A stretch of DNA of 64,000 nt. Source: a virus. A model generated the notes under the pieces. That model searched no databases, was not told where the DNA came from, and was given only the letters and a program-made list of their open reading frames with translations. The number at the start of each line of letters is the position of its first letter. Positions within the stretch are counted from its first letter, which is position 1. The DNA is taken from positions 32,001 through 96,000 of IMG/VR virus record IMGVR_UViG_3300033146_005439, one strand, 5' to 3'. Shown here in pieces: positions 30,418 to 39,617 of this stretch. Both the position numbers and the translations under genes were made by a program.

Positions 30418-32274
30418 TTAAGTCTGAGGTGCACGAGCAGTAACTAAACCTTTACCATATTGTGTTCCAGCAGTTAATTCTGTAACAGCTTTACCATTTT
30501 CATCAGTATTAACATAAGAAGGACCAGAGATATCTCCTAAATTAGCATCAAAACTAACACGACGTCCTACTATAGGCTGTAAGTATTGATCTGTTACATA
30601 AGCTGTAATTATACTTTTACTATAACTATCTGCGGGTAACACTGCCGGTGAAGCAGTTAATGCTATAGCTGCTATAAAAGATTTCATAGGACTTAATATA
30701 TAACCATGTCCAGTAGTTAATATATAAATATTTCCTGAATCAACGCTTAAATCTTTAATCCTTGAAAAATCAATATCATTATCTACTATTTCTGACACAT
30801 AAGCTGAACCATAATAAGGTAAATCATTGGTAAAACTTTTTATATATACTCTACCTCGTGTAAAAATAAAATTGTCATAGATTAAATCTAAAGAACTAGT
30901 ACTATCTGTTTTAACACTAAGAATAAATTGTGCTTCTGTATCATACATATCTACTGTATATAAAGTAGTTTCAGAACTTACTATACCTGATTCTACAGTT
31001 TTATAAAAAAAGCTTACTTTTGTATCATCTAAGCCCTGATTCCTACGCATACCTAATATATAATTAGTAGCGTTAGTACTAATGCCTGAAGCTACAGTGT
31101 CTGTTTCTTTTCTATAAACCACTGAAAAATTACTAAAAGTATTACTACCAAATTCTGTACTATAACCCCTAGAAATAATACAATATCTATTAGATTCCTG
31201 AGGAAAAAGTAAACCTAAAGACTGTTGATAATATTCACCTGAAGAAATATTACTATCAATAATAGAACCACTCACAGTAACTTCAAAATAATCATCAGTA
31301 TAATACTTAGAAATAATAGTATTATTAGTTTCAGAAGTAGAATAAGACCTTAAAGTATTATTATTTATAGTCAAAGAACCACTTAAAGTAACCCATTTAT
31401 TTGAATCAGGTAAACTACCATTAGTACCTGTAAACTCATCATCATATGTAGACCCTTCAACATAAGTTTTATTAATAGTACTAACATCTAAAAAAAGTAT
31501 AGAAGGCCCTTTTAAATATAATAAAGCATCTACTTCTCCGACATCTTTAAATATATCAATGGTTGTAAATGTAGCAGCTTTTACATCTTTATATACACCA
31601 CTACCATATTTTTCTTTAAAAAAACCTGAATGAGAGTCGAACTTATATAAAGCTCCTGAAGTTTCATCTGAACCATTATAATTATTAAACATAAATAAAT
31701 GTTTATGAAATAATATTGAAGTGTTTTGTGCATAATCATGTTGTAAAGAAGAAGTTAAACGTACTCCTCCATATAAAACACTATCCACAACCACTTCTTC
31801 TGATTTACCTAAAGCATTAGGCCCTATAAATAAAGTTGCTCCTTCTATTAAAAAAATATTATTGTAATATTTATTTAAATATAATACGGTATCTCCTTGA
31901 GAAGCATTCTTACTTAAAGTTGTATGATAATGTTCCACAGTAAACGCATCAGCATTATATTTATGAGAACTATTTGCTTCAAAATTAAATGTTTGCTTTA
32001 ATTTACAAATGTAATTCTCTACTCTCCAACGTTTAATAACCATAGAAGTAGAAGGTTTTTGCTCATCATCACCATCTAAATATAAAGGTTGTAAAGACCA
32101 AAAATTAATCCCATCATATTCCATAGATACAACAGGCTTATATAAAACTGTATCTAAAGGATAAGTATAAGCATAATTACCATTATCAACCTCTATAACC
32201 AAAGCATCTACGTCAACATCAAATGTATAGAAATAACCCTCTTTTACACTAAAATTATCACTATTTATAACCAT
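30418..32274 (-). CDS. structural protein with C-terminal Big_1 (invasin-type Ig) domain
   Basis: C-terminus ASPAVLPADSYSKSIITAYVTDQYLQPIVGRRVSF...TDENGKA...VTA is a typical Big_1 pattern. Confidence 0.65.
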   Translation of the reverse strand: MVINSDNFSVKEGYFYTFDVDVDALVIEVDNGNYAYTYPLDTVLYKPVVSMEYDGINFWSLQPLYLDGDDEQKPSTSMVIKRWRVENYICKLKQTFNFEANSSHKYNADAFTVEHYHTTLSKNASQGDTVLYLNKYYNNIFLIEGATLFIGPNALGKSEEVVVDSVLYGGVRLTSSLQHDYAQNTSILFHKHLFMFNNYNGSDETSGALYKFDSHSGFFKEKYGSGVYKDVKAATFTTIDIFKDVGEVDALLYLKGPSILFLDVSTINKTYVEGSTYDDEFTGTNGSLPDSNKWVTLSGSLTINNNTLRSYSTSETNNTIISKYYTDDYFEVTVSGSIIDSNISSGEYYQQSLGLLFPQESNRYCIISRGYSTEFGSNTFSNFSVVYRKETDTVASGISTNATNYILGMRRNQGLDDTKVSFFYKTVESGIVSSETTLYTVDMYDTEAQFILSVKTDSTSSLDLIYDNFIFTRGRVYIKSFTNDLPYYGSAYVSEIVDNDIDFSRIKDLSVDSGNIYILTTGHGYILSPMKSFIAAIALTASPAVLPADSYSKSIITAYVTDQYLQPIVGRRVSFDANLGDISGPSYVNTDENGKAVTELTAGTQYGKGLVTARAPQT

Positions 32275-32291
32275 TACTATAACCTCTTATT

Positions 32292-32795
32292 TTAGTCATT
32301 ATGCGCTCTTTCTGGTTGCCATTTAAATTTAACATTAAAAGGATCTCCCTGCAATAAAAACTTATCTGTAACATCAAAAATAAAATCACCATTATTTAAA
32401 GTAACTACCATTTCTGAAAAATCTAAACCAGAAGCAGGCATAGTATCCTCTATACCAAATTCTATATAAGAAGTTATACTAACATTATTACCTTCTGGAT
32501 AAAAATAATACAAATTAGGTGCTTCTGTATCTTCTAAAATATCATCCCAATTAATTTTTTTACATAAAGCACTAACAATATTATCTATAATATCATCTAA
32601 ATATTTAACATTTAATACACCTACATAAACAGGAGCTATTTTATTACCTTCTAAATCTAATTCTAATGTGCCTACTTCTAAATACCAACGAGATTCACCG
32701 TCTTTTTTATTAAAGTCTACAAATTCTTTTAAACTTATATTAAATTTAACTGCCTTATAAGGATTTAAATTAGACTTAACAAATAAATCAGCCAT
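32292..32795 (-). CDS. structural protein with an Ig-like C-terminal domain
   Basis: DTEAP...P...IEFGIED...SGLD resembles the C-terminal repeats of the 859-aa protein (ITFDIIDKGTGIN). Confidence 0.5.
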   Translation of the reverse strand: MADLFVKSNLNPYKAVKFNISLKEFVDFNKKDGESRWYLEVGTLELDLEGNKIAPVYVGVLNVKYLDDIIDNIVSALCKKINWDDILEDTEAPNLYYFYPEGNNVSITSYIEFGIEDTMPASGLDFSEMVVTLNNGDFIFDVTDKFLLQGDPFNVKFKWQPERAHND

Positions 32796-32797
32796 AT

Positions 32798-33781
32798 TTA
32801 ACTAGAAAAATCTATCTGATTAATTAAACTTTTAGACATGTAGCGTAATAAAGCATCAATATCCTCAAAATAATTATCAGGTTTATTATCAGGATCTTGT
32901 TTTCTCAATATTTGAACATAAGAACCATCAGTTACAGCATAACTATGTTGTATACCAATAAAACCATTAGCTGCTTGAGTAGGAACTGTAATTTGAGTAC
33001 CAGAAACAGTTATGGCCGTAAAATAATCAAAATTCTCACCATCTGTAATATACAAACTATCACCATCTTGAACACCAGTACCTAAACCTATATTTAAAAT
33101 AGATGTACCTGCATTATAATCAGCTGTTATAGAAGCTTCTGCTATAGTAGTGCCCCATAAATCTTCAGAAGTAACTGCATGATCAAAACCTAAAACTTCT
33201 GTACAATTATTTGTAGGTGCGGAAGCTACTGCTACTGAAGTTCTATTTGGTCCCACATAATCTGAACTTATGGTACCAGATGTTATATAAAATTTTCCTG
33301 ATTTAAAAGTAACATCACAATTAGTATAAGCTAATTGAAAACCTTTATCACCATCCACACACTGAATGTCTCTTATTTTGTCCTGCATATCTGCAGCTAT
33401 ATCTTCACCAGTCTTCAAAGTATTATCCGTATTATATTCTAATTCGATCTCATAATAAGCCTTTCCATTATAAGTATAAGTTCCACTAACTGTAGCATCC
33501 ATACTAACACCCATACGATTAGTTGCTGCTGTTAAATTAAATTTTCCAGCTACACCGGCCAAACCAGAAGATTTGGCCCAACCAACATAAGGATGCATAA
33601 CATATAAGTCTTGTATAGGTGTTCTATTTGTATTATTAGCATATGCTGTTGTTGAAGCTATAAGCATTAATTTTTCATCACCATAAGTATTTGTAGGTAC
33701 TATTTGATCTACATCTAAAGTAACTCTTTTTGTTATCCCTGGATAAAGTATTAAGTCTTGCACATCTTGATTAATAGCCAT
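32798..33781 (-). CDS. virion structural protein
   Basis: GAGGAG RBS; T/G/D-rich; contains the module shared with the 520-aa and 2277-aa proteins. Confidence 0.6.
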   Translation of the reverse strand: MAINQDVQDLILYPGITKRVTLDVDQIVPTNTYGDEKLMLIASTTAYANNTNRTPIQDLYVMHPYVGWAKSSGLAGVAGKFNLTAATNRMGVSMDATVSGTYTYNGKAYYEIELEYNTDNTLKTGEDIAADMQDKIRDIQCVDGDKGFQLAYTNCDVTFKSGKFYITSGTISSDYVGPNRTSVAVASAPTNNCTEVLGFDHAVTSEDLWGTTIAEASITADYNAGTSILNIGLGTGVQDGDSLYITDGENFDYFTAITVSGTQITVPTQAANGFIGIQHSYAVTDGSYVQILRKQDPDNKPDNYFEDIDALLRYMSKSLINQIDFSS

Positions 33782-33809
33782 AATTATAATCTCCTCTAAT
33801 AACTAATTT

Positions 33810-34157
33810 TTATTTATAAAAGTAAGCAATACCCTTATTCAATTTATGAGGGCAATTATCAAATGTACATCTATACCCCCAAGAAACTTGTGAAGCTGTC
33901 TCCATGTAATAGGCCCTCCCAGTAAGATCTGTATGATCAACTTTAGTAGGTAAAGGATCTGTAGCAGACAACCCTAACATGTAACGTGTTTTTTCATCAG
34001 ACACTCTAATATCATAAGGACAAGGCATCCAACAGTGCCCAGAATGTTGATTTTTTTTATATTGTGGTAAATTACCATAAGCATCAGTTCCATAAATTAA
34101 CTTCCATTTTTCTTCTTTAGTTAAATTAGGATTAGAACAAATATCTTTACTTCTCAT
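33810..34157 (-). CDS. hypothetical protein with Cys/His motifs
   Basis: HCWMPC and CTFDNCPH; overlaps the upstream gene. Confidence 0.6.
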   Translation of the reverse strand: MRSKDICSNPNLTKEEKWKLIYGTDAYGNLPQYKKNQHSGHCWMPCPYDIRVSDEKTRYMLGLSATDPLPTKVDHTDLTGRAYYMETASQVSWGYRCTFDNCPHKLNKGIAYFYK

Positions 34158-34566
34158 AATTATATACCTGAGTATCTAAATTTACAATATAAGTTTTATA
34201 GTTAGGGTGCCAATCATGAACACTTCTATCATGATCACTACAATCTATAACCATATAATCAGTATCACTTAATTTAGGTGCTTTATTTAACTCTGTTTTA
34301 TGTTCTAACTTACAATTATTTAAATATACTTTATCATTTTTATATAAAATTTTTTCCCAAGATAATTTCCCTATATACACATTTTCTACCACTATATAAT
34401 ACTGTTCAAAAAAATCCAAATGTATACTATCATTATCTTGAATTTTCTCTGCTATAGTTAATACTGGACCACAAAAATAAGCATCCTCAAAAAAACAAAC
34501 GCCTTCTTTATATAAAACCTTAGACCAATGCACTTCAAGTCTAAATAAGTCATTTAATAATCTCAT
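34147..34566 (-). CDS. hypothetical protein
   Basis: 139-aa ORF in the tightly packed operon. Confidence 0.6.
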   Translation of the reverse strand: MRLLNDLFRLEVHWSKVLYKEGVCFFEDAYFCGPVLTIAEKIQDNDSIHLDFFEQYYIVVENVYIGKLSWEKILYKNDKVYLNNCKLEHKTELNKAPKLSDTDYMVIDCSDHDRSVHDWHPNYKTYIVNLDTQVYNYEK

Positions 34567-34575
34567 AAAGCTCTC

Positions 34576-35232
34576 TTACAAATATAAAGGTGTATAAGGC
34601 ATAGAACAACTACCTTGACCTATATCACCAGAACCACTTTGAGAATTACCTACACTAGATACAACAGCTGTCTGCACTCTATCTGCTCTACCTATCTGCC
34701 CTGCGGATACACTACCTGAAGTTCCTTCTGAAATGGAACCTCCAAAATTAACACCAACAACACCTTGATCTGGAGGATCACCTGTAACTGAACCTTCAGA
34801 AATACCTCGCAGTACATAATCAGGTAACACAACTTCTGTATCGCCCAAAGTAACATAATTCATCATTGACCAAGTCTCTTGGCCTGGTTGTCTAGCATCA
34901 CCCTTAGAAAAACTATAACTAGTAACAAACCATTGCGTAGAACTAGGCCCTAAGTCATCTCCTGTAGTACATCCAGCTGGAAATACTCTACAAAACATAG
35001 TATTAGCATCAATACAAGTTGTAGTAGGAGTAGTATCGTAAGTTGGTGTATTACCAGAATACAATGTTATATTTATAGTTTCTGTAGGACTTTTTATCTC
35101 TGCTGGATCATAAGGTAACCAATCACCTAACACATAAGCTCTCTGCACATTAGGATTAATTTCCCATGATACTTGAGTAGGATGACCTCCTCCCATATCA
35201 ACTATAGTTCCTGCACCTATTATAACTCCCAT
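34576..35232 (-). CDS. putative tail-tube-like/baseplate protein
   Basis: TQVSWEINPNVQRAYVLG and FVTSYSFS...QETWS resemble tube-fold beta-strands; position downstream of the tape measure gene. Confidence 0.4.
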   Translation of the reverse strand: MGVIIGAGTIVDMGGGHPTQVSWEINPNVQRAYVLGDWLPYDPAEIKSPTETINITLYSGNTPTYDTTPTTTCIDANTMFCRVFPAGCTTGDDLGPSSTQWFVTSYSFSKGDARQPGQETWSMMNYVTLGDTEVVLPDYVLRGISEGSVTGDPPDQGVVGVNFGGSISEGTSGSVSAGQIGRADRVQTAVVSSVGNSQSGSGDIGQGSCSMPYTPLYL

Positions 35233-35283
35233 AAATTTTACCTCTAAAAATAAAGTTAAATAATTTATTATATTATAGTTAGA

Positions 35284-35475
35284 TTATTTAGATTTACATT
35301 TTTTATACATAACATAATTACATATATATCTTTTATCACATTTTTTACAAAATCTTTTTTTAAAAATATTTAAACGAGCTCTAATTTGTCTATCAGGTAA
35401 ATAAGCATAACCACCCATAACATCATATTCTTCTTCTGTTAAATTGCGACGTTTAACACATTTAGAGCAACCCAT
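35284..35475 (-). CDS. small basic Cys-rich protein
   Basis: CSKC...CKKC...C...C in 63 aa. Confidence 0.6.
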   Translation of the reverse strand: MGCSKCVKRRNLTEEEYDVMGGYAYLPDRQIRARLNIFKKRFCKKCDKRYICNYVMYKKCKSK

Positions 35476-35477
35476 GT

Positions 35478-35717
35478 TTAATCTGTTGTAGCTATTAAAG
35501 TTACTCTAGTCTCATACCAATTTACTGTATCTCTTACAGGTGAAAGAGACATATCAGTAATATATCCAGAAAAATGTTGTCCGCCGGCGTTTAATTCTGT
35601 AACATAACAATAGTCTGCATTTTTATGTACCATCGTATAAGATATAGATACAATACCCATAATATTATAATTAAAAGACAATGATGTACAGTCTATAAAA
35701 GATTCTTCACAAGCCAT
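35478..35717 (-). CDS. small hypothetical (baseplate-region) protein
   Basis: 79 aa, beta-rich, 2-nt gaps to its neighbours. Confidence 0.6.
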   Translation of the reverse strand: MACEESFIDCTSLSFNYNIMGIVSISYTMVHKNADYCYVTELNAGGQHFSGYITDMSLSPVRDTVNWYETRVTLIATTD

Positions 35718-35719
35718 AA

Positions 35720-36004
35720 TTATCTAACAAACTCCTCATCAACATAAACTGGATTATGTATAATTTTACCTTGAAAACTTTCTTGTTCTTTATCTAAAAG
35801 TCTAGTAAAATTAGCTGATACGTAATCACCATCTTGACCTCTAAAATCAGAACTAGAAGGTAATTCAGTAGTATATAAAAAATTATCTACTGTATTCTCC
35901 TCTGCCATAAAAGTCTGTAAAACAAAATGACCTATAGAAATAGGCATAGGAGCTCCAGCTCTTAATTTATAAGTATTACTAGTTATCTTAATCTCATTTG
36001 CCAT
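35720..36004 (-). CDS. hypothetical protein
   Basis: 94-aa ORF with AGGTG RBS. Confidence 0.6.
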   Translation of the reverse strand: MANEIKITSNTYKLRAGAPMPISIGHFVLQTFMAEENTVDNFLYTTELPSSSDFRGQDGDYVSANFTRLLDKEQESFQGKIIHNPVYVDEEFVR

Positions 36005-36013
36005 AATAACACC

Positions 36014-36634
36014 TTATTCTTTAATATTATATATAAAATCAAAAGAAACTATTGGTATTTTTCCTGGAGTACATTGTAAATTTATACTTTGTAACATACA
36101 AACACCGTACCCACCTATACCATAATTAGTTAAATTAATTTTACAATTAGCTTCATTAGATGTATTTATATGCCAAGGATTACCAGAATAAACTAAACCT
36201 ATACCATCATATTGAGTATCTTCAGTATATAAAGAAGCAGGACCAGAAGACGCTGAAGCATCAACAACATCATAAGAAATTATAGGGTTAGATATACCTC
36301 CTAAACTAGGAAATGATGCTAACCCTTGTACATCACCAGATATAGTAGACCTACCAGCACCCCCAAATAAATATATAAAATGATCACAATCAGTTCTTCT
36401 TTGCCAATTAATACTTACAGTAGCTTTTCCAGCACAACCACTATGAACTTTAGAACTAGCATAAGCTGAAATAGACACTGTACCTGAACTAGGTTCCACT
36501 GCAACACTTGCATTATTACCTATAAAAAAATACTGAAATCCTGTATTACCCCTAGAAGATACAGAAATCAAACCTTTTGCTGTAGTAGGAAAATTACCTA
36601 CAAGTTTACAACAATCTACTTGTGCCTTAACCAT
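36014..36634 (-). CDS. putative tail/baseplate protein (tube-like fold possible)
   Basis: G/S-rich; C-terminal LQSINLQCTPGKIPIVSFDF resembles the terminal hairpin of tube-fold proteins. Confidence 0.4.
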   Translation of the reverse strand: MVKAQVDCCKLVGNFPTTAKGLISVSSRGNTGFQYFFIGNNASVAVEPSSGTVSISAYASSKVHSGCAGKATVSINWQRRTDCDHFIYLFGGAGRSTISGDVQGLASFPSLGGISNPIISYDVVDASASSGPASLYTEDTQYDGIGLVYSGNPWHINTSNEANCKINLTNYGIGGYGVCMLQSINLQCTPGKIPIVSFDFIYNIKE

Positions 36635-36645
36635 CTAAATTACCT

Positions 36646-37047
36646 TTAATTAGTATTATCTACATTATAGTCTACAAAATAAGTACCAAAAGCAGGACCA
36701 CCCTGAACAATACTTGAATGATCATGTATTGGTATGTTTAATACATCTACTGTTTGATAAATCTTATTATCCGAAAAAAAATATATTTTATTTTCTTGTT
36801 GTTTTAAATGAGTATAAATAATTTCAGGATCTCCAGTACGTAAATTTGAAGGTACCACATGTAATTCCCCTATATTAGAATACCTTATAGCAAAACCATT
36901 AACTAGCTTCAATTCTTTACCATCTATATAAATAGTATCTTCTTGTGAAGGAAAAAAACCATGACCTGATTTTAAATCAGAAGGCACCCTTAATTTAATA
37001 CTTGTTCCAGCAGGTAAAGAAATAGTATAAGAACTTTGACCTTCCAT
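36646..37047 (-). CDS. putative baseplate spike tip protein
   Basis: C-terminal IPIHDHSS (HxH at 36718-36726), like the metal-binding apex of contractile-tail spikes. Confidence 0.45.
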   Translation of the reverse strand: MEGQSSYTISLPAGTSIKLRVPSDLKSGHGFFPSQEDTIYIDGKELKLVNGFAIRYSNIGELHVVPSNLRTGDPEIIYTHLKQQENKIYFFSDNKIYQTVDVLNIPIHDHSSIVQGGPAFGTYFVDYNVDNTN

Positions 37048-37049
37048 TA

Positions 37050-37628
37050 TTACTCCAAATTAATATTAGTAACTTCTAATAAAATAGATTGCCCAGGACC
37101 ACTGGTTATAGGCACACCATAACGACTTAAATCTGTTATATAAAATTGTTTATCACTTTTTTGATCATCCGTTGCAATATCACCATCTGTAGGTAATAAT
37201 ACGTCCTCTTTAACCAGTTTAAATTGTGCTCCTTTTGGTGCTTTCCGTTGAACTCCTGTAATTAAAGCCCAACGACTAGACATAGATGTCTGTCTTCTAG
37301 TATAACGTTCATTTTCTAATCTATATAAAATATCCGAACCTGATAAATTTAATATCACATACTTAGGGTCATCCCAACAAGGACTAGGTGTTGAATTTAA
37401 TATAAAACCAGTAAAAATTTTTTTTTGCTTTCTTTTAGTACCTGCTAATATAATTATAGTATTATCAGATATATGCTGTAAGTCATAAGCATCTATTTTT
37501 AAAGAAGCAGAAAAAGTAGATTTACTATTACGCACTTTATTAACATTAAAACTTAAAACATACGGTGTCTCAACTTCAATATTACCTAATCTAACCGTTG
37601 CTCTTATAGGTTCTTCACGTATTGACAT
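37050..37628 (-). CDS. baseplate hub-like protein
   Basis: SFNVNK...FSASL...KIFTGFI...LSGSDILYRLE matches the N-terminal pattern of gpD/gp44/gp27-type hub proteins. Confidence 0.55.
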   Translation of the reverse strand: MSIREEPIRATVRLGNIEVETPYVLSFNVNKVRNSKSTFSASLKIDAYDLQHISDNTIIILAGTKRKQKKIFTGFILNSTPSPCWDDPKYVILNLSGSDILYRLENERYTRRQTSMSSRWALITGVQRKAPKGAQFKLVKEDVLLPTDGDIATDDQKSDKQFYITDLSRYGVPITSGPGQSILLEVTNINLE

Positions 37629-39617
37629 TTAAACCTCCACTGCATTATTATGTATAACAACATTAACTTTATCTCCTATATCTAACACACCTGGATAACC
37701 ATTAATTGCTATCATATCACCAACTCCATCAACTCTAATCTTAAAATGTACATGATCTCCAAATTGTTGTATAATTGTTCCAGTAGCTGTAATATCTTCT
37801 ACTTGTTTTTTATACATACCACCACCTATACCAGAAAAATTACCAAAAGAAATGTCACCTTCTACAACAGTTATTAAATAAGAACCACTATCAGAATAAC
37901 TATAAGTAATTGTATTTATAATCTTACCTTGCGGTCCTTTAGAACCTACCTTAGGAACACTATTAGGGCCACAAGTATGTGTATAATTAATACCAGCATC
38001 TTTTTTTAATAATTTATATAATTGATTTGATAAATTTTTAGTACCTCTTTCATCTAAAGAAGCCATATTAATAGAAAGTGTCCTACCTCTCATACTATTT
38101 TGAGCACGTTCCATAGGTGTATCATCAAAATCCTGCTGTGTTGTAGGATCATTATCTTTAATACCTACAGTTTGATCTACAAGTTCTCCATTTAAAGCTA
38201 TAGGAGGAGGTTTTTCTTCTAATACTATGGGTGTTATAGAAATCTCCATATTATTTGCAATTTCAAAAGCTTTACCCATAGGATCACTAACTATAAAACA
38301 AGGTGTATCTAAGTCCACTTGTGCCCATACTTGTAAAACTAAATAACCTGTACCATTACCATCTGTAGGCAATAAATTACCCTTAGCTACATAACCTAAA
38401 TTATTTTCTTCTATTATAGGATTTAAAAAATCTAATAAATCTGATGAAGTATAATCTACATAAAAATTAACATTAGATCCATAACGCCCATTATCATTAT
38501 ACATAGCATTATTGGCAAATTGTATTTTTATAATACCACTAGCCTCTTCAAAAGAAGCGTCCGTATAGTCTTCTATATAATGTATTCCTGGACTTAACTT
38601 ATATATATTAGTTTCAGCAGAATTAGCTGACACAAAAACAACTGTATTTTCAGGTTTATTTCCTTGATAAGCTTTAGAAGGTATAGGAATGCCTCTACAC
38701 ATATCTAATTTTATTCCCACTATATAAAGCTGATTTATACCCATAAATTTATTAACTAAAGTACCTCTATAAGATTCATAAGTTAAATTTTCTATCATAG
38801 GCACAAAAAACTCTACAGGGTAACCTTCATAAGAATTATTTAAATCTTCAAAAGGCTGACAATCTACAGTATCACCTGTCATATTAACATACTGTCTTCT
38901 ACGAGGAATACCCAAAGAACCATTTTCTGATACCATTATAGGTACCGAAGAAGTATTTCTTTGTATTATATTAACTGCAGGATTAGTTTCTGTATTCAAA
39001 GTTACTTGCCAAGCCCACCCAATTATACTTTGAAAAGGTGAAGTTAACTCAAATTTATTAGGAATGCCATCACGATAACTTGTTTTACCAGTAGTCAACA
39101 AAGGATCATCATAAGTTATAACTACGGATGTAGAAAAACCAGGAACTGTACAAGAAGAAGTAAGCCTAGTTGTGTCCCATATAGTATATTTAGAATCACC
39201 TCCTATAATATGTTTAAATTCATAAGATACCCTAGTAGCTTTAGGTTTACCTCCTGTAACCATAACATTTACTTCTCTTGGTAGATAACCAACAGATTTA
39301 ATTGTATAATATATATCTAAACTTGTAGATTTCTTACCTACAGCATAAACTTCCACTTCACCTTCAGAATTAACTCTTAATTCATATAAAGTACCTTCTA
39401 TAGCTAATAATTCTAACAAAGAAGCTTTCATGGCTTCTAAAGGAGGCACTCTTTTTAAATCAACATTCTGCAATTTACCTGATTTAATAAAACCATAAGG
39501 AATATCATAAGTATCAAGCACTTCTTCTATTATAGGCTTTGTATCAACATCTAAAGGTATTTCATAAGAATTATCTTGAAAAGTAGGCCATACAGTACTT
39601 GTATTAACTTCACCCAT
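37629..39617 (-). CDS. baseplate/tail protein with C-terminal OB-fold-like segment
   Basis: Directly after the tape measure gene. The likely start is ATG 39617 (MGEVNTS), overlapping the TGA of the giant gene; the ORF track extends to 39653. C-terminal TGTII...FKIRVDG...IGDKVNV. Confidence 0.5.
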   Translation of the reverse strand: MGEVNTSTVWPTFQDNSYEIPLDVDTKPIIEEVLDTYDIPYGFIKSGKLQNVDLKRVPPLEAMKASLLELLAIEGTLYELRVNSEGEVEVYAVGKKSTSLDIYYTIKSVGYLPREVNVMVTGGKPKATRVSYEFKHIIGGDSKYTIWDTTRLTSSCTVPGFSTSVVITYDDPLLTTGKTSYRDGIPNKFELTSPFQSIIGWAWQVTLNTETNPAVNIIQRNTSSVPIMVSENGSLGIPRRRQYVNMTGDTVDCQPFEDLNNSYEGYPVEFFVPMIENLTYESYRGTLVNKFMGINQLYIVGIKLDMCRGIPIPSKAYQGNKPENTVVFVSANSAETNIYKLSPGIHYIEDYTDASFEEASGIIKIQFANNAMYNDNGRYGSNVNFYVDYTSSDLLDFLNPIIEENNLGYVAKGNLLPTDGNGTGYLVLQVWAQVDLDTPCFIVSDPMGKAFEIANNMEISITPIVLEEKPPPIALNGELVDQTVGIKDNDPTTQQDFDDTPMERAQNSMRGRTLSINMASLDERGTKNLSNQLYKLLKKDAGINYTHTCGPNSVPKVGSKGPQGKIINTITYSYSDSGSYLITVVEGDISFGNFSGIGGGMYKKQVEDITATGTIIQQFGDHVHFKIRVDGVGDMIAINGYPGVLDIGDKVNVVIHNNAVEV

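Noticed and set aside
21121-33085. Short plus-strand ORFs at 21121-21324, 25272-25463 and 32897-33085
   Set aside because: Short, antisense to well-supported minus-strand genes, with alternative start codons and no motifs.
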